This document shows, piece by piece, positions 51,000 to 63,667 of a DNA stretch of 64,000 nucleotides; within the stretch, counting starts at the first letter, position 1; every line of letters begins with the position of its first letter. The DNA is from Styela clava. Taxonomy: Eukaryota. The notes beneath the pieces are model-generated. The model made no database searches, was not told the origin of the DNA, and saw nothing but the letters and a program-made list of their open reading frames with translations. A program made the position numbers and the translations under genes. The stretch lies in the NCBI RefSeq assembly GCF_964204865.1, contig NC_135251.1, forward strand, positions 17,546,001-17,610,000, in the 5' to 3' direction.

Positions 51000-53684
51000 A
51001 TCTATTTTATTTAATATTAACCGCAATAAAAAAAAGTATATTGTAGAAAATTTGGGCAAATATTTTCATCTTTGAAAAGCTTCCATATGTCCTGATAAAT
51101 GTAATTTAAAATTGAAATGAACATATCGTTATACGGTTATACCCTCTGTTCAATATGTCAAACATTGTAGTTAACGGCTTTGTTGTATCTTAACTTCCAA
51201 ACTATTATTTTGCATCATTCCGAATTTACAAATACTACTCCATGACTAGATGCCGCTAATGTTTTTTTGACTTTGCCATCTTATATATATATATAAATAT
51301 TAGGTCATCAGGGAAATAACGTTATATTTCACATTTTTTTCAAATTGAAATGACAATGGTTTTAATGTGTGAATTGAATGAGCTTCAGTATTTTCTCGTG
51401 GGAAACTTACATAGCGCTGATTTTCCTAACCACATCGTATGATTAGATATTATGTTAAAGGCATTTACCGAGCCACTAATAATCCAATAGGTTGGTGGTG
51501 ATTGATTTGATATTTTAAATCAGTGCTTACGCTAATAAATGTAATTTGTTGAAATCCAAGTAAGACTGGTTACAAACACTCATTTAGTTCAATACCCAAG
51601 CACCGCTTATTTTGTGTTTCAGGGAGGCGAATACTGTGCGTGCGGGAAAGACGATATGTCTGGGCGCATGCTTGACCAAGCTTATTTTTACGAAAAAGTT
51701 CACAAGTTTCGTCGCTAATAATTATAAGAAACAAACGGGCCGACACGGATGCCTTGACCAATGAACGATCCGTCAACGCAAACTACGATGAACCCGGCAT
51801 AGGTGATTATATTCGCGGCACTCCCAGAGAATCGTAGTCTTCTCTCATTGGGCAGTGATAGACCTCCCTTGGGACACACAATAAGACAAAAGTGACCCAA
51901 TGAGTGCGTTGACGCTTAAGTTGAGAAACATATAAAATTTTTGCAAATTCCAACTAAACGGTTAAGTACTTATAGGCCTTGAATCTAAAATTCAGTGTAA
52001 ACTAAGTTCGGTTCAAAGTGGTAGGCCTATTGCAAGGATGGCATTCGATGGAGAAATTTCTAACAATCAGTCGATCGCAAGATATTAAGAAAATGTTAAT
52101 CGATCTCGGCGATCCGCTGCGCATATCCATATATTGTAAACTGTAGTAGTTTTTAGGATAAAAGCTTTGGAATCGTGTGGTAATTGTCACAGCTCAAAAA
52201 AGCAACAGAAAGTCATAGCTATTTAAAGATGAGAATCACTCAAAAAAATTCAGAAACCCGAAAATCTGCATGCGTGCTTTTTCCGTTCGGCATTCTTTTT
52301 TTCGATAAATATTACTATCCAAATAAAAGGTTATGAATATTTCTTTGTTTAAACCAGAAAACTGTAAAGAACAGTATAATATTCCTGAGTTCACCTTGAC
52401 ACCCATGAATTTGTTGCGACGCTGCAGGTGGCTACGAGACGCACAACAAAGTAGGGACCGCAGTGATCTTTACCGGGTGAGGCACAGCAGGATTTTGAGC
52501 CTGGTGCGAAGTTCGCAAGGACATTCTCATTGTAATATAAATTCATTTTTTTTGAAGCATTGATCAACTGCAGAGGCATTGATATAATGAACCCAATGAA
52601 AATTTTACTTTACAGTCCAGATTTATAAAAGAATCATTGTCACAATTCATTCTTGGGCTCTCTTGATAACGTTTACCCATCGATAAGTATACGAGCATTT
52701 AAACTGTTGTCCGAATTTTCAACCAGTTACTTCTAGCTTCAATTAAAACGAAACAAATAAATCGACTGTGAGCCGCTGCGGAGCTTTGTGTTGCAAAACC
52801 TTTTTTAGATGCCTCGTTTGCAGTCCTGTATTGAAAACGACACAGTAGCAAAATTCTCCCTGGAGTTATATGATTTGACATCTGCATGTTTTTATGTGAG
52901 ATGTGTACCTTTTTTACGCATAATGCGTGCCCAGCACTGCATCTTATTACGGAAATATAAGTTATTAATTTATATTCCACCCATTTCAATTTTTGTCGGC
53001 ACATTATTTGATAGTTTTTCCTCATGCGAAATGTTTTTAGGGGGTGCCTTTTTTTTCTAAAGGCATAGTGATTGCTCGACATTACGCAAATATATGTTAT
53101 TATTTTCTTTTCCACTAATTTCAGTTTTTGCCGGTCCGCAAAGACATTTTATTTTACCGGTCCGCCAGGGTAGAAAGGTTGGGAACCACTGTTCTAGAGA
53201 CATATCGGTGGATTGACCGCTCAACCAATCTCAATGTTGGAATCAGAAGTTATTATCAAAGATTATTATGCTTTTCATTTATTTTTTCCCTTTTATGTAT
53301 TTTGTTGGCGGCTTTTTGATTATCTCTACTTTGGATCTCTATCAATTTCATACACGATCTAACACAAGTTGAACGAGTTTTATTGAAAATCATTAATGCG
53401 TAATGCCTACTTATGAAATTTATAAGTGTTATGAAGAACAACAACAAGAAGCAACATCTGAAGCAGTCTACAAAATTTGAAAACTTTGAAAAAAAGAAAC
53501 AACATATTTTATGATTGCTGATAAAACTGAAAATTTGAAACGCGGTTCAATAGTGAAAAGAAAAACAACTAGTCGATTTAGTGTTTGATAATGAGCCAAA
53601 AGTTAGCTCAATATTTCAGTAAAATTCTGAAAAGGCGTTCCTAGGTCGGTTGTAAGCCTATTCAAAGTCGAATAGCATGGATTC

Positions 53685-54574
53685 TTAGAACAAGTCGTGA
53701 CATTCGCCTCGAATTACTTCCATTCTCATGCATTGGTGATATTTCCATGATAATGGGTACAAACAAACAAAGCGACAAATCAGAGGTTTGGGAAACATGT
53801 TAATCACTTTAGAATTCTCATCCGTGTTTCCTGAAAAGACCTATAGTAAAACATAAATAAAAATATTATTTTACAAAATACGACAAACATTATTGTTATA
53901 CTTTCGATATAAAAAAGCACAAAAGAAATAGATGAATAGGAAAATAACTGAAAAGTTTATTGTAATTTCCAGATTCATCTTGCTTATATACTTGGAACCT
54001 TACGAAGGAAATATTAAGATAGGATTTGCATATTTAACCCGGGGAGAGGTAAACTGATAAGACGGCTTAATCATATGTCGAACCCCGGCCTCGAGTACGG
54101 CTACCAGTCCGCGTCGGGAATGAAATTAGTTGGCCAGTTATTTGTTTCCGGTTTATAGACTTGTTAGTGGAGAAAGCCGTAACCGACCGGCGCTTACGTG
54201 AACCACCCTATACGGCAGCGAAAAGTTTAGCAATTTTCTCGCACATTTGATACGAATATGCGAACCCACGAATTAGTAACTAATATAGGTAATAATGAAT
54301 AGCTAATATATTTATATATATAATAGTTCTTCATCGTATTACTTTTTTTATCCCTAGTGTGCGTTTATATACAAGAATATTGTACGATACATACTTTGTC
54401 AATAGCATTATCCGGTTATAGTTCTCAGAGTAGAAGTTGAATTCCCACACGCTATTTTGCATGTTTTTACCCACTGATTGAAGTCCCATACGTATTTAAT
54501 TGGGCGTCCCTGTGTTACTATTCCACCTATAAATCTCGGGCGTTGAAAATCAACCTGAATCCACTGATCATTTG
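53685..54574 (-). pseudogene. Orphan discoidin exons 4-5 (cassette T3), frameshifted
   Basis: As T1, but with a 1-bp insertion in exon 4 (tccggttata at 54411-54420 versus tccgttata). Confidence 0.8.
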
Positions 54575-55692
54575 CTGATAAATATTAATTCGCAAATTCA
54601 GTATGATTTTCCTTTTTTTGAAACTGTATCAAATTTTTACGTGTTTAACGCAAAATAGTTTCCTCCGGATATTATTGAAGTTGTTATAGTAATCGCTGGC
54701 TTTTATAAAATATTTACCTGATTTGATGGTTATACTCAGAAAAAGATAGATAATCTGTTGGTTCATTACAATTTTTACATGCAAATAATGATACGTCGTA
54801 CTCCTATTAAAAAATATAGTGCATGGAAGGGGCATGGCAAAGGTACTCGCTATATATATATGGAGGGCCTCGTTTAAAAAATAAAACAAAAATGTTGAGA
54901 TACATCGATTGGAAGTGATCGTTTTGCAAATTGTTGGACTGAGAGTCATTACTTGAGGAATTATAGGGACCCCAGGAGGCATTTGTGTTAAAAATGGCTG
55001 CCCTGGAGTAATGACACAATTCTCTACATTGCAGCTTTCGTATTTTGCGCACTATCGTTGCATATTACCATTTTATTTAATTCCTAAACTGCCTGGGTGT
55101 TTTTGTCAAATTTGTGACACCGAAAAAACGAATAACATACACTGATATCTCTGGATTGACCGTTCGATCAACGTTGGAATCAGAATTTATTATCAAAGAT
55201 ATTTATGTTTTCAAATTTGTATCCTTGTTGGCGACTTTTTGACTATATCCACCGGGACCTCTACCAATTTTATACACGACCTAACACAAGTTAAACGAGT
55301 TTTATTAAAAAAACTAATGCGTTACGCTTATATTTACGAAATTCAAGTTTTAACACATGATGAAAATAGTACAATACTTAAATGCTCATGCACACGAATA
55401 CGGAAGTTAATTGGCACCATTTTTTTCGTACGTTAGCAACATCTGATGCAGTCTACAAAATTTGAAAACTCATCAAAAATAAACAACATATTTTATCTAC
55501 TGTACTGATAACAATTGCTGCTAAAACTAAACATTTGAAACGCGGTTCAGTAGTGAAAATGAGAAAACTAATCGATTTAGTGTTTGATATTGAGCCAAAA
55601 GTTGGCTTAATCTTTCAGTAAAATTGTGTAAATCCTGTGAATGCTTTTCTAGATCGTCTGTAAGCCTATTTGAAGTCGAATAGCATAAATTC

Positions 55693-57866
55693 TTAGAACA
55701 TGTCGTGACATTCGCCTCGAATTACTTCCATTCTCATGCATATGCCAATATTCCAGGACATTGGATATAAACGAACAAAACGACAAGACAGAGGTTTGGG
55801 GAACATGGTAATCACTTTAGAATCCTCATCCGTGTTTCCTACAAAAACCTGAAGTAAAAAAAACATCATTTTACAAAAGAGACGAGAAATTCAGTAATCC
55901 CCTCGCACATAATTATCTCACGTGGGATTCGTACCCACGCAGATAATCAGAGGTGCGGTGGCGAACGTACTCGTAAAGCTTAGCACGTTGCGCCACAACG
56001 CCGAGAACAAATCTAAATCCTAAGAAAATTTCAAAAGCAACTAATTTCAATACGAATGTTTTCTGTTCAGTTATTTAATTTCCATAATGGTGTTACGGGC
56101 ACCATTGAAATGGCATGGTCTGTCGCTGTCAATGTGTGTAGCTAGATTGGTTTTTACCAGTGAAGTAGAAAATTTATTCAAATATAATACCCCTTTTTCG
56201 TATTGCCGTTTGTTTTTCATCTTTTGTCTACAATCATATAAAAGAAAATTATACGATACATACTTTGTCGATCTCATTATCCGTTATAGTTCTCAGAGTA
56301 GAAGTTGAATTCCCACACGCTACTTTGTATGTTTTTACCCACTGATTGAAGTCCCATCCGTATTTAATTGGGCGTCCCTGAGTTACTATTCCACCTATAA
56401 ATCTCGGACGTTGAAAATCAATCTGAATCCACTCACCATTTTCTGATAAATATTAATTCGCAAATTTAGTATGAGTTTTCTATTTTTTAGAAACTGTTAA
56501 AATATTTTTACGTTTAATCGTTTACTTTTCAAAATGTCTACCTGATTGGAAGGTTAGAAAAAGGTGAAGAATCGGCTGTTAATTCATTACAATTTTACAT
56601 GGAAATAATAGTACATCGTGCTCCTTAGAAGTGGCATGCTATGGGGCTCGCTTAAAAACTATGGAGGGCTTCGTTTGAAATATAAAACAAAATGTTAGGA
56701 TCCACTTGATGTTAAGATATATCAAGTGGAAGTGAACACAAAAATACCTACTGTTTTGTCCGGAGCACCAGGCACCTACACTAAATCCATTTGAAGCTGT
56801 ATGGAAAACAGCATTTTCATCCATTCGTCCATGATGAGCGGCATGTTGGTAATTAAAATCAGATGATGCAGTAATCACATGATCTGGAATATCCCTGCTC
56901 TTCATTCCCATTCCACAGTAGGATACTGCAATGGATAAAAAAGAAATTTTCTATTTATAAATAAGTGCTTCGATTATATTCTACTGATCATCTGATTATT
57001 TTTATGGTATGGATATAGAACAAATTTTATTTACCTGATTATTTAATTTTGTAGTCCAATAGTCATTATTTTTCTATTTCAGTACCTATCCAGAGTAAAA
57101 TGAAATGTAAAAAAATACATTGAATTTTAAATTACTTACGTTTTGGAATAATGTCAACGGTTTTCTTCATTTTTTCTGAGGTAAAAATGCAAGAAGATGC
57201 GCTCAGATTATCCTTAATTTCCTTTTCGTATTTTGTAGAATTAAACAGTTTTAATTTATTCAAATAAATTCTAATAAAATTCTTTGTGTCTCACTGTTTT
57301 ATTATCCACTGGACACGGCCCAGAAAAAATTAATTGCCGTTTCAGGGACTTGTTTTGCGAATTGTCGGACCTAAAGTCACTGCTCGATGAATTATATCAA
57401 AACAATTCATTTTTCATAAAATGTATTTATTCTGTGCAATATAAGTTCTGAAAAAGTGATATGCCTGGGTTTCACGCAATTCCATACCAAACCCGTCCAA
57501 AATAATTCAAAATGTAATGTCCAAAATGTAAATGTAATGTCTCAGTTCCAGTTGGCTATATTTAGGGCGTAAAAAATGAATGTTAAATGCATAACAAAAA
57601 AGCTTACCTTCTAACAATCTTATTTTCTCCTCCAAGCGTTCCGTTGTCCCCTCTTCGCCTCTGTCACCTTTTACACCAAGCAGACCCCTCCTACCCTCTG
57701 GCCCCCGCTTTCCGGGCCTTCCCTGGCACTGAGCAGGACAGTTATGACTCGATGCAGTTTTGTCAGTAATTAGAGCAGAACAAAACTCGTATACGTTCGG
57801 TATGTCACCTAAAACTGCAGGTATGATCACGACACACCATAATACGACAAAAGATTTATGCGGCAT
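55693..57866 (-). CDS. Collagen-neck-discoidin protein, diverged copy B3, 267 aa
   Basis: Exons 57866-57608, 57175-57140, 56925-56752, 56442-56264, 55848-55693; open frame. One Cys codon is deleted from the signal peptide and the QWV Trp is retained. Confidence 0.9.
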
Positions 57867-60557
57867 ATCTATTTTATTTAATATTAACTGCAATAAAAAA
57901 AGTATATTGTAGAAAATTTGGGCAAATATTTTCATCTTTGAAAGGCTTCCATATGTCAAACATTGTAGTTAACGGCTTTGTTGTATCTTAACTTCCAAAC
58001 TATTATTTTGCATCATTCCGAATTTACAAATACTACTCCATGACTAGATGCCGCTAATGTTTTTTTGACTTTGCCATCTTATATATATATATAAATATTG
58101 GGTCATCAAGAAACTAACGTTACATTTCACTTTTGTTTTTTAAATTGAAATGACAATGGTTTTAATGTGTGAATTGAACGAGCTTCAGTATTTTCTCGTG
58201 GGAAACTTACATTGCGCTGATTTTCCTAACCACATCGTACGATTAGATAATATGTTAAAGGCCATTACCGAGCCACTAATAATCCAATAGGTTGGTGGTG
58301 ATTGATTTAATATTTTAAATCAGTGCTAACGCTAATAAATGTAATTTGTTGAGATCCAAGTAAGACTGGTTACAAATACTCATTTAGTTCAATATCCAAG
58401 CACAGCTTATTTTATGTTTCAAGGAGGCGAATACTGTGCGTGCGGGAAAGACAATATGTCTGGGCGCATGCTTGACCAAGCTTATTGTTACGAAAAAGTT
58501 CACAAGTTTCGTCACTAATAATTATAAGAAACAAACGGGCCGACACGGATGCCCTGACCAATGAACGATCCGTCAACGCAAACTACGATGAACTCCATAG
58601 GTGAATATATTCGCGGCACTCCTATAGAATCGGTAGTCTTCTTTCATTGGGCAGTGATAGACCTCCCTTGGGACACACAATAAGACAAAAGTAACCCAAT
58701 GAGTGCGTTGACGCTTAAGTTGAGAAACATAAAACTTTTGCAAATTCCAACTAAACGGTTAAATACTTATAGGCCTTGAATCTAAAATTCAGTGTAAACT
58801 AAGTTCGGTTCAAAGTGGGAGGATTATTGGAAGGATGGCATTCGATGGAGAAATTTCTAACAATCAGTCGATCGCAAGATATTAAGAAAATGTTAGTCGA
58901 TCTCGGCGATCCGCTGCGCATATTCATATATTGTAAACTGTAGTAGTTTTTAGGATAAAAGCTTTGGAATCGTGTGGTAATTGTCACAGCTCAAAAAAGC
59001 AACAGAAAGTCATAGCTATTTAAAGATGAGAATCACTCAAAAAAATTCAGAAACCCGAAAATCTGCATGCGTGCTTTTTCCGTTCGGCATTCTTTTTTTT
59101 CGATAAATATTACTATCCAAATAAAAGGTTATGAATATTTCTTTGTTTAAACCAGAAAACTGTCAAGAACAGTATAATATTCCTGAGTTCACCTTGACAC
59201 CCATGAATTTGTTGCGACGCTGCAGGTGGCTACGAGACGCACAACAAAGCATGGACCGCAGAGATCTTTACCGGGTGAGGCACAGCAGGATTTTGAGCCT
59301 GGTGCGAAGTTCGCAAGGACATTCTCATTGTAATATAAATTCTTTTTTTTTTTGAAGCATTGATCAACTGCAGAGGCATTGATATAATGAACCCAATGAA
59401 ACTTTTACTTTACAGTCCAGATTTATAAAAGAATCATTGTCACAATTCATTCTTGAGCTCTCTTGATAACGTTCACCCATCGATAAGTATACGAGCATTC
59501 AAACTGTTTTCCGAATTTTCAACCAGTTACTTCTAGCTTCAATTAAAACGAAATAAATAAATCGACTGTGAGCCGCTGCAGAGCTTTGTGTTGCAAAACC
59601 TTTTTTAGATGCCTCGTTTGAAATCCTGTATTGAAAACGACACAGTAGCAAAATTCTCCCTGGAAGGTATTTGTGTTTGTACATGATTTGACATCTATAT
59701 ACATATATTTATGTGAGATGTGTGCCTTTTTACACATAATCCGTGCCCAGCACTGCATTTTATTACGCAAATATAAGTTATTAATTTATATTCCACCCAT
59801 TCAAATATTTGTCGGCACATTAGTCGATAGTTTTTCCTCATGCGAAATGTTTTTAGGGAGTGCCTTTTTTTTCTAAAGGCATAGTGATTGCTCGACATTA
59901 CGCAAATATATGTTATTATTTTCTTTTCCACTAATTTCAGATTTTGCCGGTCCGCAAGTACATTTTATTTTACCGGTCCTCCAGGGTAGAAAGGTTGGGA
60001 ACCACTGTTCTAGAGACATATCGGTGGATTGACCGTTCAACCAATCTCAATGTTGGAATCAGAAGTTATTATCAAAGATTATTATGCTTTTCATTTATTT
60101 TTTCCCTTTTATGTATTTTGTTGGCGGCTTTTTGATTATCTCTACTTGGACCTCTATCAATTTCATACACGATCTAACACAAGTTGAACGAGTTTTATTG
60201 AAAATCATTAATGCGTTATGCCTACTTATGAAATTTATAAGTGTTATGAAGAAAAAATACAATACTTAGATGCTCATGCACATGGATACGAAAAGTAATT
60301 GTCATCATTTTTCTCGTAAGTTGGCAACATCTGAAGCAGTCTACAAAATTTGAAAACTTTGAAAAAAAGAAACAACATATTTTATGATTGCTGATAAAAC
60401 TGAAAATTTGAAACGCGGTTCAATAGTGAAAAGAAAAACAACTAGTCGATTTAGTGTTTGATAATGAGCCAAAAGTTAGCTTAATATTTCAGTAAAATCC
60501 TGTAAAGGCTTTTCTAGGTCGTTTGTAAGCCTATTCAATGTCGAATAGCATGGATTC

Positions 60558-62892
60558 TTAGAACATGTCGTGACATTCGCCTCGAATTACTTCCATTCTC
60601 ATGCATGAGTGATTATTCCATGATAATGGGTACAAACAAACAAAGCGACAAATCAGAGGTTTGGGAAACATGTTAATCACTTTAGAATTCTCATCCGTGT
60701 TTCCTAAAAAGACCTATAGTAAAAAATAAAAAAAATATCATTTTACAAAATACGACAAACATTATTGTTATAATTTCGATATAAAAAAAGCACAAAAGAA
60801 ATAGATGAATAGGAAAATAACTGCAAATTTTATTGTAATTTCCAGATTCATCTTGCTTATATACTTGGAACCTTACGAAGGAAATATTAAGATAGGATTT
60901 GCATATTTAACCCGGGGAGAGGTAAACTGATAAGACGGCTTAATCATATGTCGAACCCCGGCCTCGAGTACGGCTACCAGTCCGCGCCGGGAATGAAATT
61001 AGTTGGCCAGTTATTTGTTTCCGGTTTATAGACTTGTTAGTGGAGAAAGCCGTAACCGACCGGCGCTTACGTGAACCACCCTATACGGCAGCGAAAAGTT
61101 TAGCAATTTTCTCGCACATTTGATACGAATATGCGAACCCACGAATTAGTAACTAATATAGGTAATAATGAATAGCTAATATATTTATATATATAATAGT
61201 TCTTCATCGTATTACTTTTTTTATCCCTAGTGTGCGTTTATATACAAGAATATTGTACGATACATACTTTGTCAATAGCATTATCCGTTATAGTTCTCAG
61301 AGTAGAAGTTGAATTCCCACACGCTACTTTGTATGTTTTTACCCACTGATTGAAGTCCCATCCGTATTTAATTGGGCGTCCCTGTGTTACTATTCCACCT
61401 ATAAATCTCGGACGTTGAAAATCAACCTGAATCCACTCACGATTTGCTGATAAATAACAATTCGCAAATTTAGTATAAGTTTTTTATTTTTTTATGAAAC
61501 TGTATAATATTTTTACGTGTTTAATGCAAAATAGTTTCCTCTGGATATTAGTGAAGTTGTTATAGTAATCGTTTACTTTTATAACATATTTACCAGATTT
61601 GATGGTTATACTCAGAAAACGGTAAGTATTCTGTTGGTTCATTACATGTTTAAATGCAAATAATGATACGTCGTACTCCTATTAAAATTAAAGTGTATGG
61701 AAGAGCCATGGCAATGGTACTCGTTATAAAATATGATGGGCCTCGTTTGAAAAATAAAACGAAATGTTGAGATCCAATTGATGTTAAGATACATCGAGTG
61801 GATTTGAACACAAAAATACCTACTGTTTTCTCCGGAGCACCAGGCACCTACACTAAATCCATTTGAAGCTGTATGGAAAACAGCATTTTCATCCATTCGT
61901 CCAGGATGAGCGGCATGTTGGTAATTAGAATAAGATGATGCAGTAATCGCATGATCTGGAATATCCCTGCTCTTCATTCCCATTTCACAGTAGGCTATAC
62001 TGCAATGGATATGAAACAAATTTTAATTTTATATAAATAAGTACTTCGATTTAATTTAACGGATAATCCAACTTATTTTTTTTTTTTGAAAAATTAATTT
62101 CAGTGAAACTAGTCAACTGGCCAAACAACAATCGCCGATTCAGTCGAACAGTTATATTCGATATCAGAAACGTGTGACTAGTAGCCTATATAGCATATTT
62201 TGTTGAAAATAGCGAATGTGAAAAGATTTATTATTAAAAAGGTTCTTGACCCCTTTCGAAAACGCTCATGACCGACTGTGGCGTATAGAGACCATAGGTA
62301 AATAATTTTTCCATTTCAGTTCCTATTCTGGGTAATATGAAATCTAAAAAATATACTGAATTGTGAATATCTTACGTTTAGGAATAATGTCAACGGTTTT
62401 CTTCATTTTTTCTAAAGTAAAAATGCAATAAAAAGTGGTAAGATTATCTTCATTTTCCTATATATACGTATTTTGTATAATTAAACAGTTTTAAGTTTAT
62501 TCAAATAACTTCAAAACAGTAAAATTAATTGTGTCTCACTGTTTTATTATCCACTGGACCTGAGCTAGTAAAAAATCATTGTCGTAAAGGACTCGTTTTG
62601 CAAATTGTTGGACTGAAATTCACTACTTGAGGAATTATAGCGAACAATTCATTTTTCATAAATGATATTTATTCTGTGCAATATAAGTTCTGAACAAGTA
62701 ATATGCCTGGGTTTCATGCGATTCCATAGCGAGCCCGTCCAAAGTAATCTAGAATATAATTCATGGCGTCAACGTGTCTCGGTTTCAGTTGGATAAAGCA
62801 GAACAAAACTCGTATACGTTCGGTATGTTACTTAAAACTGCAGGTATGATCACGACACAGCACCATAATATAACAAAAGTTTTATGCGACAT
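60558..62892 (-). pseudogene. Disrupted collagen-discoidin copy C
   Basis: Exons 5 (60713-60558), 4 (61446-61268), 3 (~61999-61824) and 2 (62411-62376) are present. Exon 1 has lost ~210 bp (collagen, neck and donor), giving ..FCSALSN*. There is a 2-bp insertion at the exon-3 acceptor and two transposons in the TATA repeat. Confidence 0.85.
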
Positions 62893-63195
62893 ATCTATTT
62901 CATTTAATAGCAACTGCAACTAATAACAAAGTAGACTGTAGAAAATTGAAGCAAATATTTTTCATCTGTGAAATGCGTCCATATATGTTCTAATATATTA
63001 TGTAATTTAGAATAGAAATGAACATATCAGTATATCCACTGTTCAATGTGTCAAACATTGAAGTTAACGACTTTGTTCGTCTGTATCTTAATTTCCAAAC
63101 TAACATTTTGCATCATCCCGATTTTACAAATACTACTCCTATGACTAGACGCCGCTAATGTTGTTTTGACTTTGCCACATATATATATATATATA

Positions 63196-63526
63196 CCTTG
63201 TTTCCCCGAAAATAAGACCTACCCTGAAAATAAGACCTAGTCAATAGCGCGAGTTTTTTTTTATTTTTTGACCTAGTTGATAGCAAGAAATCTCTTCAAC
63301 GCGTTTCAAATGATTGATCTAAAACGCGTGAGAGAGGAAAACGTGTTATTTAAGTAAATGGATATCGGTTGTCATATTTTTTATATTTAAAAATCTCGTA
63401 ATTCTCTACTTTGTAACATAGTTTTTGATAAATGAAAATAAAAGACATCCCCCGAAAATAAGCCCTAGTGTTATTTTTCGAAAGAAAATTGAAATAAGAC
63501 ACTGTCTTATTTTGGGGGAAACACGG
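63196..63526. mobile_element. Tc1/mariner-superfamily (Tc2/pogo-like) MITE
   Basis: ~23-bp imperfect TIRs CCTTGTTTCCCCGAAAATAAGAC / GTCTTATTTTGGGGGAAACACGG, flanked by TA within a (TA)n tract; absent from the paralogous promoters. Confidence 0.85.
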
Positions 63527-63538
63527 TATATATATATA

Positions 63539-63667
63539 CAGGGTGTCCAAAACGTTCCGCCATATTTCATAGCATTACCAATCGCAAATTTGAATAAATT
63601 TGGTTTATGATGAATGGGGACTATAACATTTCATTATAAAGACTTTATAATCGGGCGAAACTTTTTG
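63539..63667. mobile_element. Mariner-like MITE fragment
   Basis: TA|CAGGGTGTCC left end inside the same (TA)n tract; absent from paralogous promoters; right end degenerate. Confidence 0.55.

Larger units (their letters stand above)
23790..55440. repeat. Tandem segmental array, period 12,261 bp, ~2.6 copies
   Basis: The ORF track and sequence recur at a constant +12,261 offset (e.g. 26199/38460/50721; 32969/45230). Each unit contains gene A, an orphan exon-4/5 cassette, gene B and an orphan promoter. Near-identity fades at ~55.44 kb. Confidence 0.95.
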
